From assembly GCF_001194135.2 (NCBI RefSeq), contig NC_068989.1:79673361-79737300 (forward strand): a stretch of DNA of 63,940 bases, in the 5' to 3' direction. Made by a program: the position numbers and the translations under genes. This document shows positions 24,432 through 38,700 of this stretch, piece after piece. The notes beneath the pieces are model-generated. The model made no database searches and was not told the DNA's origin. It saw only the letters and a program-made list of their open reading frames with translations. Source of the DNA: Octopus bimaculoides. Lineage: Eukaryota. The first letter of the stretch is position 1. Each line of letters starts with the position of its first letter.

Positions 24432-24600
24432 GAGGGCATATGGCCTAGTGGTTAGGGTGTTGCATTCACGATCGCGAAAATCGTGATTCGGTTCCTAGAC
24501 CAGGTGATGCGTCCTGTCCTTGAGCAAGACACTTAATCTCAAATTGCACTGCCATCACTTCGACATCTGACGCGTGGTACACCATGCATCTGTTAAAGCA
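24432..24600 (+). mobile_element. SINE family D 5' fragment
   Basis: tRNA-like head GAGGGCATATGGCCTAGTGGTTAGGGTGTTG followed by GTCCTTGAGCAAGACACTT, shared with 52195-52482. Confidence 0.7.
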
Positions 24601-25304
24601 AGTGTATGTTTCTACACACACACATATACACATATATACCCAGTGTCATTCCTAATCAATGTATAATTATTTGATCGTTACAATATTATGTGCTCTGTTT
24701 TCTGTCTTCATTGCAATACGTACGGTTTCGAAAATACAATCTCAGCTATATGAATGAACGATGTCAAAAAACATCTTAAACGTTGAATAGATAGTAAAAA
24801 TTCATTTGTATAAAATATCTCCAGTTGACTCTTTAAAATACTCACAAAGCGTACGCTTGTTTTTCAGATATCTAGAGAATGCAATGTATTCGTTTTAAAC
24901 TGTCGAGGAATTTAATCATATCTGCGTAATAAAATTTGAGACGAAACATTTCATACATACTATTGAATCTATTAATAATTTTTAATAACGCAGATGTTTC
25001 GTTCTGGTTCGTATTACTAAATAATGAATAAAACCATTGAATGATATATTTCATACATTTTCAGTGAAATGTTTTTATTTCTCCTATGTATCTCATGTAC
25101 ACTAATTAATGATGAAATTAATTAAAGCATAAAACAAAAGATTAGACCAATTTCTTCTAATATTTTAGTGAACTCTTTGTCTGATCCAGTATAACAAGAA
25201 GAAAAATATTAGGATTAAATTTCCTCTTACCATAAATGCAATGTTTGTATGAATATATTTGCCTTGGTTTGTGCGTACAAGTGTATACATTTGCATGTGT
25301 GTGT

Positions 25305-25353
<49 letters not shown>

Positions 25354-25524
25354 TGGGAGTTCGTGTGTGTGTTGCGTATGGTTATGTGTATGAAATGAAA
25401 AGAAAGGCGATTTTTAAATCCTTTCCTGATAGTCTGTTGGAAACAAAGTAACATTTTAAGCTTATAACACTTTAACTCATAGAGACAATGAGCACGTTCA
25501 ATACGAAAATATCAGCGTCTTCGC

Positions 25525-25568
<44 letters not shown>

Positions 25569-26139
25569 NNNNNNNNNNNNNNNNNNNNNNNNNNNNNNNN
25601 NNNNNNNNNNNNNNNNNNNNNNNNNNNNNNNNNNNNNNNNNNNNNNNNNNNNNNNNNNNNNNNNNNNNCGTCGTCGTCGTCGTCGTCTTCATCGTCGTCG
25701 TCGTCGTTGTCACCATCATCATCATCATTAATATTTAAGTTTATCATTTGACAAATGAAGGTTAATCCATTCACCAAAAGATTCGACAGTTTATAAGATA
25801 TTTCATATCCGCGACGCATGAAAATCTGCAGATATTTCGCTCGTGTTTAATTGAAGAAATGTTTAAGGATGTTTGTCCAAACGCAATAGAGTAATATTCA
25901 TTCCTGATCTAGATTATTCTTGGATGCAAGAGAGAGGGAGAGAGAGAGAGAGAGAGAGAGTGCGCATTTATTACAAATCTAGACATCAAGCTAATACCAG
26001 ACAGTTGTCAATCGATGCGTAATAGCAATTGATTTGACAATCATATTGTAATATGTTTTGCAATAACATCGATATTGCTTATAGAGAAACAATACAAAAG
26101 TGAAGTTTTTGTTTTTATTTTGTTATTCCACGTATGTAA

Positions 26140-26880
26140 TCATTCTTTCCTCTACAGGCACAAGGTCTGGACTGTTGGTGGAGGGGGCTAAATGTTTACA
26201 TGGGCCCTAGTGCTTAACTGTTACATATTTTGTCGATTCTGAAAGGATGAAAGGCAAAGTGGACTTCGGTAGAATTTGAACTTAGATAGAAAAGACAGAC
26301 GAAATGTCACAACGCGTTTTGTCTGATGTGCTAACGTTTCTGCAGCTCGTCGCCTTTTTCTGTATTTCTAATAATATTTTCCGATTTATGATATAAAATC
26401 AGGAATTTTGAGGGACGCGAAAGTTATCCGATGTACTAGACTGGTACTTTATTTCATTGATTCGAACGATTGAGAAGCATAGCTGAGCAGGGGAAATTTG
26501 AAGTCAGAATGCAAAGAACCGGTTGTGCGTACGATAATTGTCTCTGATTTAGGCAGAAGGGCAGCTGTTGAGGAGAGGTGAATGAGTCGATGTCGATACC
26601 AGCAACCACAGTACTTCACTTGTACTTCATCTTATTTGCAAAAATGAAAGGTTAAGTCGAGTTCTATGGGGTTTGAACGTTGAATGTAAAGAGTCAAAAG
26701 TTATATTGCAATATATTTTCCGATACACTAACGAGTCTGCCGGCTCACCATCCTTATATCGTTTCTGATTTAGGCACATGGCCAACAATTTTGAGGGAGA
26801 ATGGTCTGTCGATACAATAAACCCCACTGTTATACTGGTACACCGGATGTAAAGTTGACATCAGTATGTAAAGAGCTGGC
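26140..26880 (-). mobile_element. Cluster of about four head-to-tail degenerate family B SINEs
   Basis: Recurrent antisense motifs (TTCTGATTTAGGCA..., CTGGTAC...ATGAAAGG...AAAGT, GAATTTGAACT) at about 26140, 26365, 26540 and 26760. Confidence 0.65.
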
Positions 26881-28344
26881 GCATACGTAATAATGCAGAT
26901 ATATCGAAAACTTCCCTAATAAAACTGAAGAAAAAACCAGTAAAGTTACAACTAATTATCAGCGGATTGGAGGGGCAGTTTATATTGTAATGATGTCCTG
27001 TATCTCTAACTCAAGTATTTTTACTAAAGCATCTATTCATTAATTACAAATTGTGACAATAGTCAGGTCTTTCTCATCCTTCTAAATATAATACAGTACT
27101 CTATTATCGAGAAATGTGGATTGAGTACAGAATCGATACAACACATTAGCCAAACAAAAGATAGCATGGGAAGGAGAAGTCTAAAATCAGAAGCACCATG
27201 AAAAACTGTTTAAGCCAAATATTTCCATCCAACTGAAAACATGAAATCTTAATAAAAAAAAAAAAGAATAGCTGGTAACGTCATACTTGGAGCAAAGATA
27301 AATGGAAGACAAAGGCTGATGCGTACATACTTAAAAGGCTCGTGTTGTGACATGGGCCTCGCCACATCGTATGTAGTGAAATATTTCAAATTTTGCCTGT
27401 TAACATCTTTATTCAGTGATATGTATTATTACATTACCAGTAAACTATAGATCAACTGGAAATTAACTATACTTTTCCAACTGCTTTTCCCAATTGGTAT
27501 AATGAAGATGTAAGCTGAAGGGTGTTGTAGAAAATAAGAAAAAATAGAGCGTACATTGTATAAATGGGAGAAGGAACCCCACAATTTAGGACCGATCGGA
27601 AACATTGAGTAGCCCGTTGTCAATACTGTTTGTGCGTAGTATTAATTTTATGGAGTGTGAATTAACGTGTATTCTGCTTGCCATTTCTTGATCGACTCTT
27701 TATTCTATAAAGCTGATCTCTTAGCTTTCAAACAAACGACTTTAAACGTAAACGCATGGAACAAATGTAGCGTTGCTATCAATATTGTCTATTTCTACTC
27801 ACCCACCACTCTGGATTAATTGCCTTATCGATGAGATAAAGACATTAGTACTGACAAATGTTAGTAAAGACTAAATTCTTATACAACACATTCCACATAA
27901 TACTTAAATTAGAAACTGAACTCAACGGATCCAGATAAGCAGAGAGTTATTAACTACTCACGTTCATGATTTTACAATGTACAAGTTGTACTTATTTACA
28001 CTTTGATTATAGCTTTTCTGAATTAAGTGTCATGACTACAGAGTCTCTAAAACATGCTAAATACAACTGAATACAGCATAAACAATGTGAGCGACACCCA
28101 AGTGATCCGGGCAATTTCTATCGTGTAGTGAGATCACATCTCAAAAATACATTAAGCAAAACAAATTGTACTATGAGTGTATTCGCGTGACATTTAAAGA
28201 TTGATAAAAAAAATGATGACGATAAAATGCACCATATCAACTTCAAGTTATAGAATAATTTATGAAACATTATTGGTTGTTATAAGCAGTACGGCTTTTT
28301 CTTTTTTGATGTTGTTGACTATTTTGATAGTCAAACACACTAAG

Positions 28345-29200
28345 GAATAATAATTTTAAGCTGCAATGTTATCAAAAGTCCGAATATGTTTGATGCCAGT
28401 TCATACTGGGGAACAAACTACTCACTACGTTTTGTCACGGAGAATATATCTCGCTTGTTGACAAATGATGTGTATACACCTAAATTAACTCGCAGCGTCA
28501 CCTACCTAGAGTGTGAGATGTTAACATTTCGAAGGAGTTGTCTCCTCATCGGTCACAGACACTAAGCAGACGACACCGCGAGCTGAATTAAGAGATTACC
28601 TCTCTTATGCTTTTTCCGGTTACCGTGCGATGACTGGCAGCGCTATTTGGCGCTACTCTGAAATGTTAACATCTCACAGTCAAAGTACTTGATAGCTGCT
28701 TCGAAATGTTATCTCGCAGTTTAGGTAGGTAGATCTAAATGTATAAGCATCATTTATCAACAAGCGAGATATATTCTCCAGCACAAATGCAATGGGTAGC
28801 TTGTTCCCCAGTTCGAAGTGCACCAAGCATATTGGGACTGATAAATCATTGCAATTTCACTTATCACTGCTTAGCACTTACTTGCGGTTAACCGCCGAAT
28901 AACGCTCCCAGTCACTGTGCGGTGACCGGAAAAGCATAAGAAGAGTAATCTCTTAATTCAGCTCGCGGTGTCGTCTGCTTAGTGTCTGTGACGGAAGAGG
29001 AGACAACTTCTCCGAAGTGTTAACATTTCACAGCCTAGGTAGGTGGCGCTGCGAGCTGATCTAGTTGCATACACACTATTTGTTAACTAGTGAGATATAT
29101 GCTCCGTGACAAAACGCAGTGAGTAGCATGTTCGCCAGTTCGAACGTGCAACAAACATATATTCGGCTTGATGATAACATTGCAACTTCACTTATTACCG
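28345..29200. mobile_element. Foldback-type element with ~305-bp inverted arms and a homologous spacer
   Basis: 28345-28652 is the imperfect reverse complement of 28892-29200 (e.g. CACAGACACTAAGCAGACGACACCGCGAGCTGAATTAAGAGATTAC). Spacer 28653-28891 is a third partial copy. No ORF or TSD recognised. Confidence 0.85.
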
Positions 29201-29533
29201 TTTAACGCTCCCGCTCCGTTATAATTTTAAGTTCTTTGACATGATATAATATCGATGAAAAGGTCATAAAAAGGTCATAACAGAGAAAAGGTCATAAATT
29301 TTGGAGGAGAACTATAATCAGTCCAGGAGTAAGCATGGCTGTGAGCTTAAGAAGGTCACTTTGCAAGCATATGGTTTCAGGTTCAGTTCCACTGCTCAAG
29401 TGTCTTCTACTGAAGCTTCGGTTCTACCAGCGTCTTGAGAATGAATAGGGTACCCATAAAGTGTGGAAACTGGTCACACACCCACACACACATACACGCA
29501 CATATACACGCGCACACACACTCCTGCGCGCAA

Positions 29534-29564
<31 letters not shown>

Positions 29565-29567
29565 TGT

Positions 29568-29748
29568 CTCTTTTACTTTTTTACTTGTTTCAGTCATTTG
29601 ACTGTGGCCATGCTGGAGCACCGTAGTTAGTCGAGCAATTCGACCCCAGGATTTATTCTTTATAAGCCTAGTACTTATTTTATCGGTCTCTTTTGCCGAA
29701 CCCCTAAGTTATGGGGACCTAAATGTTGGGGGAACAAACACAAGCACA

Positions 29749-29802
<54 letters not shown>

Positions 29803-29965
29803 CGACGGGCTTCTTTCAGTTTCCATCTACCGAATCCACTCACAAGGCTTGGTAGGCCCGAGTCTATAGTAGGAGACACTTGCGCAAAGTGCCACGCAGT
29901 GGGACTGAACTCGGAATCATGTGGTTCATAGAAAGCTACTTACCACACAGCCACTCCTATACCTA
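29568..29965 (-). mobile_element. Full-length SINE family A
   Basis: Reverse complement of both conserved halves around a (CA)n/(TA)n core. Confidence 0.92.
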
Positions 29966-31073
29966 TATGTGTTCATGTATATATGGATGGATGGATAGAT
30001 GGATGTGTGTATGTATAGCAGTGTGTAACTCCTCCTCCTCACTGTGTAACGACCAGTTTTATATTGTTTACGTCTCCATAGCCTACTGATTCCGAAAAAT
30101 CAGTACTAGATTTTTAAAAAAAAGCATAACTACCGGGATCGATTTGTTTCACTAAAACCTATCAAGCTGCGTACCACTATGGCCACAGTCGAATGACTGA
30201 AATTTAATTAGTTTAAAAATCAGAAGAATGATAAACCTTGACTAGATGTCAATTGGTACTGAACTCATAACGCTAAAAGATATTACTAGAAAAAAAAAAT
30301 GAAAGCATTTAATTCGTTACTAAGCAACATATACGCAGCTGTTTTTGCATAATGTATTATGAATTTTTGCATCATTGAAACATCTTGCGACGAGGGGGGA
30401 AAATTCTCGTGTAGCCAATATTCTGTCTTTTAAAACATAGAACAGCTGTGATCTAATGATGAATTCATTACTTAACAGCAGACTATTGATTTTTAATACT
30501 TAATTTATTTTAATTAAACAATGATGTGTGTTCTTTACATTTGATTGCCTATAAGAAGTGAGTAATTTATATCGTTAAGAGCAATGCTAATTCGAAGTAG
30601 ATTAAGCTTGTCATGTAATCTATGAAATCTATGGTTACTTATTTGAAAAACAATGAAGCAAATTATTTTCACCGTAAAGATGATTTTATTCAAGATTTCC
30701 AAAGGAAGTTCAAGTGTTTTTATAACAATTTTAACACTGTGACTCTAGAATTAGCAATATGCAGAAAATGTTTTGCTGGACTTCTTAAGTAATATAAGAC
30801 TAAAGACCAAAGGATTATGCTTGAAGTAAAAGGAAAAGAAGAAAAAAAACCCAACTCACACACATGCATACGTTAAATGTAAGTAGTTCTGGAATAATCA
30901 CCAGATATTTTTAATTGCTTACATATTGTTATTATTTAAACGAGGAACCGTTCGATCTCGTCCTTTTTTTTTTTTCTGCTGATAAATTACATTACTCGAA
31001 GTGGAAACGGTAGGTTAATTAGCAAATGACGATGTAGAATTTAATTAGTTATAAATTATGGGACATGTTGCGA

Positions 31074-31249
31074 CAAGCATAGCTACGTGGTTATGAATCT
31101 CGCTTTACAACCACGAGACTTTGTGTCCAGTCTTCTTTCCACAGAGTGGAAGCTTGTGTCTGTGTCTTATACAATAGAACCGGCTCGACGAAAGCCTTGT
31201 AAGTGGATTTCATAGACAAAAACTGTGGAAGGTTGTTGTATATATATAT
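31074..31249 (+). mobile_element. SINE family A 5' half, degenerate, ending at a gap
   Basis: GAAAGCCTTGTAAGTGGATTTCATAGACAAAAACTG followed by (TA)n, as in other copies. Confidence 0.65.
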
Positions 31250-32505
31250 NNNNNNNNNNNNNNNNNNNNNNNNNNNNNNNNNNNNNNNNNNNNNNNNNNN
31301 NNNNNNNNNNNNNNNNNNNNNNNNNNNNNNNNNNNNNNNNNNNNNNNNNNNNNNNNACAATGCAGTACGACCGTTTCATGCAACTCCATTTAATTGAAGA
31401 ATGTAATCATTACATCACTTTAAAAATGCAGAGCAATCGTCAACTGCACAAAGACATAGAATTTAATTAAATTAGAACAGATGGACACATTAGTATAATA
31501 ATACCTAAGATCTCGAAGAAGTTATGGAGACAGACAGAGAACATCTTGCTTTAGCCACACCATGGAAACTATATTTATCCCCACTGCCTTACATTCACTG
31601 TTGTCCTCTAGGTCCTGTATCTTTGCAGTTTGGGAAAACTCCGAAAGAGAAGCACGGAAGACGTGATAATTTTGTTCGAATAAACACTTCAAGATAATGC
31701 CCCGGCATAACTGCAGTCGAATGACTGCAACAAATAGAATTTAAAACATATAGAATAAAACATTTCTACACTAAAGCATTTGGGTGTCTGTACATGTTTG
31801 CACATGCTCAGAGCAAGAATTTCAATGCAAAAGCAATAACTCATTGGAAACGTTTTGCATTTACATTCGTATGATAAGGAGAGAAATTCGAATTTAAATA
31901 TGATTTGCCAAAATGCATTAATACTTTACTCTCATGTTAATTAACCGTAACGCTTAGATACTTCGGTCTAATCGGAAGATTATCAACACATTAAAAACTT
32001 TGGAAATATTCTACGGAATGTATGCATTTCACGTATTTGGTACTTGTTGCAGGATTATTGATATTTAAAGATGTATATGACAAAGAAGGTTCAATCAAGC
32101 TGTTATTATGTAGTATGTGTAATTTCTGTCACATGTGTTGAGTGCCACTTTCGCTAGTCAACTCATTCTTGCGCACTCACACACGCACGCGCACACACAT
32201 ACACACACATGTGGAAGCTTATGTTTTCATATGTATATATATATGTAATATTTATATATGTATATATATGTCTATATATATATATATGTACATGTGTATA
32301 TATAAATATATATGCGTGTATTTTTGTATGTATGTATGTGCATATATATATAATTGTTCATCTTTTACTTGTTTTAGACATTAGACTGCAGCCATGCTGG
32401 AGCACTAGACTCTTAATAGAAATCAGTAGTCAATTAACATAAGTGTCAACCGAATATAAGTGCACTTGTTTAAACTCCAAGTACACATAGACAGATACGC
32501 ACACA

Positions 32506-32580
<75 letters not shown>

Positions 32581-33287
32581 CTATGTAACTTGAAAAATAG
32601 GCGTGATATGATGTTTATATTGCACGTCGAAGGCGGCGGTAAGGAAAACTTCCTTTCGTCGACTTGTCTTTCATGGAAGCGGTATGCAACTTTTATCTTC
32701 GAGTATAGAACGCCATTATACCAGCGATTTAAAATGGAAAAGCGAAGTGTATATATATATATTTCTTTATTGCCCACAGGGGACTAAACATAGAGGGGAC
32801 AAACAAGGACACACAAAGAGGGGGTAATATATAGGTCAGTGAATGTATTCCCTGTCAAGAAACTTCTGTTACTGTACGTATACTATATGAAATTTTAAGA
32901 TTTTTAATTTTAAAAGAACATCTATGTCTAAGTCTTATTCCATACTTATAGGCCTAAGATTTCTTTTAATAATTCTGCAACACTTTTACTGCTACACTTT
33001 TACTGATTTCCGTCATGTGGCTGTTACCATATTTGTGGCTATCTTCTTAGGGAGATGATGCAACACACCGAACAAATATTTTAACGATATTAGGAAGATC
33101 TGGACAAAGTGAATCAAAATTTGAACACAGTCCTGACGAGACCACCCCTTAAATACTACGAAGATTTTCTTTCGATATTCCATGGACTCTTCAAATTGGT
33201 TTTCTTTTAATACTCATTCGCAAAACTTGTAAAAATTCCACGTTTTATAACAATTTTTTTTTAAATTTCTATTTTGATACCTGACAG

Positions 33288-33382
33288 GATAGATCTTCAT
33301 TACAATTCTTTGCAACAAAATGAGATCGTTTCACAGTTCATTCCACAGCTGAAGCAGAATAATATGATGGCTTCAATGCATT
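33288..33382 (+). CDS. Candidate internal exon with LRR-like motif
   Basis: Long T-rich acceptor (...ctattttgatacctgacAG) and donor ATT|gtatgt. Open frame IDLHYNSLQQNEIVSQFIPQLKQNNMMASMH; IDLHYNSL fits LxLxxNxL. Confidence 0.35.
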
Positions 33383-34391
33383 GTATGTGTATGTATACGT
33401 GATCGTATGAAACACAATGAGAGAGTAATCTCAGAATATGTCTGTTCATATTATGTAATAAATACCAAGGTTACAATGAAATAATATGATAGACGAAAAT
33501 ATTTATAATGTCTTTAGGGAAGTTTGTTCTTAATTAATATTTTTCAAACCTTCTTAAGCACAGTTTGAAGCAAATAACAAAATTGTATCATGGATATGTC
33601 ATCTCATATATTTCAAGATGAACGTTTAATGGAGACTGTCAAACGCGGATACTTAAATACCTGAAACATTTTAAAGAATTATAGTTATAAATACGTCAAT
33701 ATAATTTATATGACAGCTTTTAGATTTATTTTATTTATGAAAACATATTAGAATAAATGGAGCGGCAAATATATGAATGTTATTTAATATTTAAAAGGAG
33801 AGTTCTAGGAAAGCTGTAAATTTTATTGATGTGAGAAGTGCAAAGTTAAACTTTTCAGATTCTTAAAACTTCTTTTCTTCTCACTGCTGAACAATAGTTC
33901 GAGGCATTAGATTTTTCTCTTCTGTATGGCATGCCGACTCATACCATCACCACATTCTTCGGATTTCGGATTTTATTAAGAAATATTTAAGTTCATTTCT
34001 CCATATTCTTATTTCAAATCACACAGGAATTAACTTTGCAATTTCTAAAAGAATGTCGATAAATCAAGTGCAAAGAGATATTGAAAAAAAACAAAACACC
34101 ATTTATTTGAAATATCCGCACTAATCATCAAATCATTTCATGACCTTCGAATAACATAAAATAACAAATTACTTGATTCACCGATTAAATTGAACATTTT
34201 TAAATATAATACTCTGAATATAGTAACTGATTTTAAGATTAAATGTTGAATGCAGTAAAATATAATAGTTTAAATGCAGTAACTGATATTCATCAGACGC
34301 AGTGGAATTATATTATTGACAATGTCGCAAAAGTTCGGTAAAATGTTTTTGATATTGTAAAGTATACGATATTTTTAAAGAATAAAATAAA

Positions 34392-35258
34392 CTAGCGGAA
34401 CCCGTGAATATTTTACGGAATTAATAGCAAACGTATTAGGTTATTCCTGAAAACTTTATCCAAAAATCCTGAAGGTGTAGCCTGTGTTATGTCTATATCA
34501 AAATAGCTCATCTGCTATTCATTAAAAAGTGAAAGAAATTGGAATCAAAATGATTACTTAATGCACTATATATATGTACTTTATATACTTTATACACAAT
34601 TTTATGGACGTAGTAAACAACACTCATAAAATAAATATTCACACTTATTTTTCCATTTTCCCCATAAACAGAAAAGATTACATTTCAAAAATTCATATTG
34701 TCACAATTTCATATCGAGAAAACAAAAAAATTATAGTAAATAAAATTATTTTATCTGTAAAATGTAGGGGTCACAATTTTATGTGAGTAAAAATTAAATG
34801 CAACGTGACATGCTCTGAAAACCACATCGTTGGTAACTTATAAGGCAAGGCGATGGTTCAGAGCCAATACACATTTCGATTTGCGAACACCGTTCAATCC
34901 AATACTTCTTTGCAGACTATGTTCTTGGTGTAAGTTCTCCCTTTCTTTTCCCTTGTTTGTCAGTGTTGATTACTTTAACTCTCATATGAGATAATTTGCG
35001 AACCCTTGAGAATGCAACATACAGCTGACCATGGCCGAATATAGGATCAGGCAACAGTGGCCCCACTTTATCAAATGTCTGCCTTTGTGATTTAATGATA
35101 GTCATTGCGTATGACAGACGAACGGGAAACTGGTTTCTTTCTACACTGAATGGCAAGTTTGGGATGCGCATACGTTAAGTGATAGGTAATATAACAAACA
35201 TAGTTCGATTTAAAAAATATACTATGCACTCACCATCGCTACCACTACCGCACCATCA

Positions 35259-35316
<58 letters not shown>

Positions 35317-35470
35317 GACTGTCTTTACTCTCACCATCAGAACATCACCTCTCCGCTTGAATTATATTCCTAACTCACTTCTATATCACTACCTTCAACT
35401 AACCTTTTTAACCACATAATAAATATTACTTTCCCATACCACATGTCATGGACGTTTTTCTCTCGCTCTT

Positions 35471-35509
<39 letters not shown>

Positions 35510-35767
35510 GCCTCATTCTCGCCTTATCCTATTTTTCTTCCTCCCACTTTTCTCTCTCCCTCTTTCTCTCTCTTTCCTTTTTCTTTCTCTTGTTCTCTCT
35601 TTTCCTTCAGCTAACCACGTGGAAACGTTACAATTACGTTCCCTCTACGTCACGTCATGGACGCTTCGTTCGCCCACTTTTCTCTCTCCCTCTTTTTTCG
35701 CCCTCTTTTTCTTTACTCATGTGAAGCGTTACCGACGAGCTAAGTAACGCAATGAATTATTATAAGA
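34392..35767 (-). mobile_element. Non-autonomous Helitron with both termini
   Basis: Minus strand begins A|TCTTATAATAA (35767) and ends in hairpin CCGTAAAATATTCACGG then GTTCCG-CTAG|T (34392). It sits between A and T with no TSD, as expected for Helitrons, and contains a helicase fragment. Confidence 0.85.
34917..35171 (-). pseudogene. Helitron Rep/Hel Pif1-family helicase C-terminal fragment
   Basis: [26 protein letters not shown]...[15 protein letters not shown] matches the SF1B helicase motif V/VI consensus QFPxxxAFAMTINKSQGQT...VFSHGQLYVAxSRV, with substitutions at conserved N and G. Confidence 0.93.
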
Positions 35768-38700
35768 TATTACTGTGTGTCGGGGTAGAGGTACTTAATG
35801 GCTAATAAGGCTCTTCCACGAGTGTAACCGCTTCAGTTTCAACTACAATCGCAGAATGCAACTAGCTAAGCAACTAGGACTTCAAAATTATAAATATTGC
35901 ATTTCTGAAAAAAAAATATAAAACTCAAAATAAACTGTTCTTATAAACGTCTAAATGAAAGAATCCTTTAGTTTCTTTGGCCATTAAATATTCTTACAGA
36001 CAGACACTATTGAAAGAATTATGGAATTTAGTCGAGAGTACAGTTTTATGCATGAAAACACAAATAGCTTCAGCTTTGTCAGACACATATAGAGAGAACT
36101 GTCATATGTCTTGAATAAAGACACTTATTTGTATTTGTAGCAGTGAACTGAGAGATGTGGCCTAAAGATAAAATTTAAAAGACTTGCTAACAGAACACTG
36201 TGATTTCATTAAAGGAGGTGATATTCTCTTATGAAGAACTTCTGAATAGTATTTCAAATACTATGTCTGGAAACCTCCTGCTTTATATAATTTAGTTATG
36301 TAATATAACTAGTCTGTTAATGGATATTTCAAAGACGACGGGTAACTTTGAAATGTTCGAATAGCAAATGATTATCAATGGACTAACTATAATGTTTTTA
36401 CATGAGTTTAATTCAAGTTGTTTCAGATGTTAAAGTATTACATTGGAGTCTACGACCGGAGCTGCCATCCATGGGTTTTTTTTGTATTTTTTTTTTGTAA
36501 ATATTCTGGTATTTAGGTTATAAATTGTTGAATATTTGATAAATAGGTCTGTGGTTCAAATCTATCCTTATTTACTAGTTAGTCTCATTCGAAATAAAAT
36601 ATCTATTATCGGTATTTACTGCGTAATAACTTAAATTGCCAATATTCTTTACTACTGGTGCCAAATATATATACTCTTGATTTTAATAAATTAAAATATT
36701 AAATGCGATGTCCAATAAACAACCACTGTATTGTCACTGTTACTGTTTTTACCTCAGGTCAACTCTGATCAAGTAAACATATAATCAAAAACATTCCAAC
36801 TGTAACCATCCCATCTTTTAAGGAGTATCTAGAATTACATAATCTAACGTATCGTTCCTTTCTCTTTAGATGAAACGGTATAACTAGAAGGAGATGAGAT
36901 TTGGCCGCTGTTACTAAGAGTAACATAATCTTGGTGTTAATTTCAGACGACTCTTCAGAAATGGTGTATTTTGTTTCTAATTTAAAACTGTATTCTTCTC
37001 GGAAACAATTTGACACATTTCAGAAAAACCAAATCTGTTAATCTACTGGAAAAATCTTTCATTATTGTTGGTTGGTAAAATAATTCTGTAGTACAACATT
37101 ATAATGATATTTTAAAAATCTCTACAAGCTATGGAAAATAAGAATGTATTTTACTAATTGCAACGCCTTGTGGCTCCAAATTTACTGCTGTTAAAGTATA
37201 CGTACAGCTTTTACAATTCTAAAATAATATATAATGCACTTATAGATATTATAATGGTCTGGCAACATTTTTAGGAAAAGAATTAGATTAAGCAATGTAA
37301 GCCGAGTGAGAATTGCTCATCAATTTAATAGTACCATCGTTGTTTACCGTAAGAAATATATTATGTGTGAAATGCGCTTTATCGAGAATACACTATCTGT
37401 GAAATATATCAGACTACAGTTCTTGGATTCTTGAAGACTACCATTCACAAATCGTACATGACTTAATGCTATTGACAGAGACAAACTGCCGATGGTAGAC
37501 TTCTCTCTGTCAATTTGAATGTCATTTATATACACAAAAAGGTACAAAAATACAAAGCCAGATTTATGAGTTAATCAGTAGATGGCTGTATATGTATATA
37601 TGTATGTATGTATTTATGCATGTATGCATGTATATATGTATGTATGTGTGTATATGTATGTATGTGTGTATATGTATGTACGCAGGCATGTATATATGTA
37701 TGTATGTTCGTATGTATGCATGTATGTACTTATTTACTAGAAACAATATTTACAAATGATTTAGCAACAAACATGATTACTTACTCTTGTTACGTGTGCA
37801 CGAGTGTGTGTACGTGTGTGTGTGTGTGTGTGCATGTATGATTACGCTTAGGAGCGGACGACATTTTTGATTACAGGAACATGTTTTCAAATAATGAAAA
37901 CCTAGATACATGTAAGCGTGCAATAGTTTATGTTCGGCGCATATTAATTACTTAACTCAATCCGACTGACATCGAATATTCACAGTACAGTAGCAAAGTT
38001 GTAAAATCAAATAACTTGAATTCATTTTCGTTAAGTTAAACAATTCTGACTCTCATGATAAAATATTTTATCTTGAGTTGTTTAAATGTATTTATATTTT
38101 TTTCCTTCACCTATGTTTACATTATAACAATAACAAAAATATAAAACAAGTGTTTGCAACAACATTCTATAATTCATTAGATTTTAAGGAAAACTTTCCT
38201 TTGTCATAGATTTATGATTAATTTTATTTCAAAGTATAAACGGCGAATAGATCAAGATCATAGTTTGATCTGTGCAGAAATGTCAATTAAGAAGGTAATG
38301 AATTTCGGAATAAATTTCGATGAATGACAGTTAATGTTGTTCTTGTTACTCAAGGTATTTAATCCAGCACGTGCCTTTATCATTCCCACAACGGATGTTT
38401 TTCGTACCGTTAAGACAAACACAGAACATGATTCTCTTCTTTGGAGCATAATCACGGAAAGTTAATAATTTCCTCTGTACTGAAATTAATATTGATTATA
38501 TAAAGAAAATAAGGAAGCCCAACAAAAATTGTTGAGGATTCTCAACCGTTTCCTTGTAGCAATTGTTTAATCGATGTGCAAAGTTTAGATTGGAGACCAA
38601 ACGATTGTCAGTAGGCGCATGATAGTGAAATAGAGAAACAAAAATAACGGATGAAAAGGAGAGAAAATGAAAGAAAGATCGGGAAGACTTGAATGTAAAA

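Noticed and set aside
25669-25730. Poly-Ser / poly-Asp coding tract
   Set aside because: It is a (TCG)n/(ATC)n microsatellite at a gap edge, with no splice or ORF support.
27451-27526. Overlapping exon candidates on both strands (DQLEINYTFPTAFPNWYNED on +; YIFIIPIGKSSWKSIVNFQLIYSLL on -)
   Set aside because: Equally plausible splice pairs on opposite strands at one place show how easily such candidates arise; neither can be favoured without RNA data.
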